Shown here: positions 63,870 through 64,000 of the stretch, one piece after another
Numbering within the stretch: the stretch's first letter is position 1
Layout of the letters: each line of letters opens with the position of its first letter
Source: Antedon mediterranea
Taxonomy: Eukaryota; Animalia; Echinodermata
Assembly: GCF_964355755.1 (NCBI RefSeq)
Contig: NC_092670.1
Coordinates: forward strand, 32,104,388-32,168,387
Direction of reading: 5' to 3'
Length of the DNA stretch: 64,000 bases
Notes under the pieces: generated by a model
What the model was told of the DNA's origin: nothing
Databases searched by the model: none
Seen by the model: only the letters and a program-made list of their open reading frames with translations
Made by a program: the position numbers and the translations under genes

Positions 63870-64000
63870 TTTTTATAACTCCAATTATTATTCGACACAA
63901 TAGAAAAGACACCTATAATACTGCATATGAATTGGCTGACTTTACACTGTAAAAAACATGTATATCCAATGTAGAAGACGTCTGGGACCGTCCATGATTT

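Overview
AT-rich, intron-rich animal genomic DNA (marine invertebrate; echinoderm-like style is an inference only). I assembled seven protein-coding genes by hand from splice sites: (1) a KIF28-like kinesin-3 (- strand, 13 exons, runs off the left edge); (2) a 604-aa patatin phospholipase with an EF-hand (-, 12 exons); (3) an intronless transmembrane-adaptor-like gene nested antisense in patatin intron 4; (4) a 425-aa ZWINT-like coiled-coil/RWD protein (-, 10 exons); (5) core-1 beta-1,3-galactosyltransferase C1GALT1 (+, 3 coding exons); (6) a FabG-like classical SDR (-, 9 exons); (7) an intronless class A GPCR. Main highlights: kinesin intron 1 is a minor-spliceosome AT-AC (U12) intron missed by the ORF track, and exon 2 is bracketed by two inverted ~1.6-kb hAT copies. 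There are also three Penelope-type minimal hammerhead ribozyme motifs, two tandem tRNA-Asp(ATC)-like cloverleaves, multi-level nested MITEs and several minisatellites that arose inside transposons. No autonomous transposase ORF and no CRISPR array were seen. All coordinates were read manually and no database searches were run.
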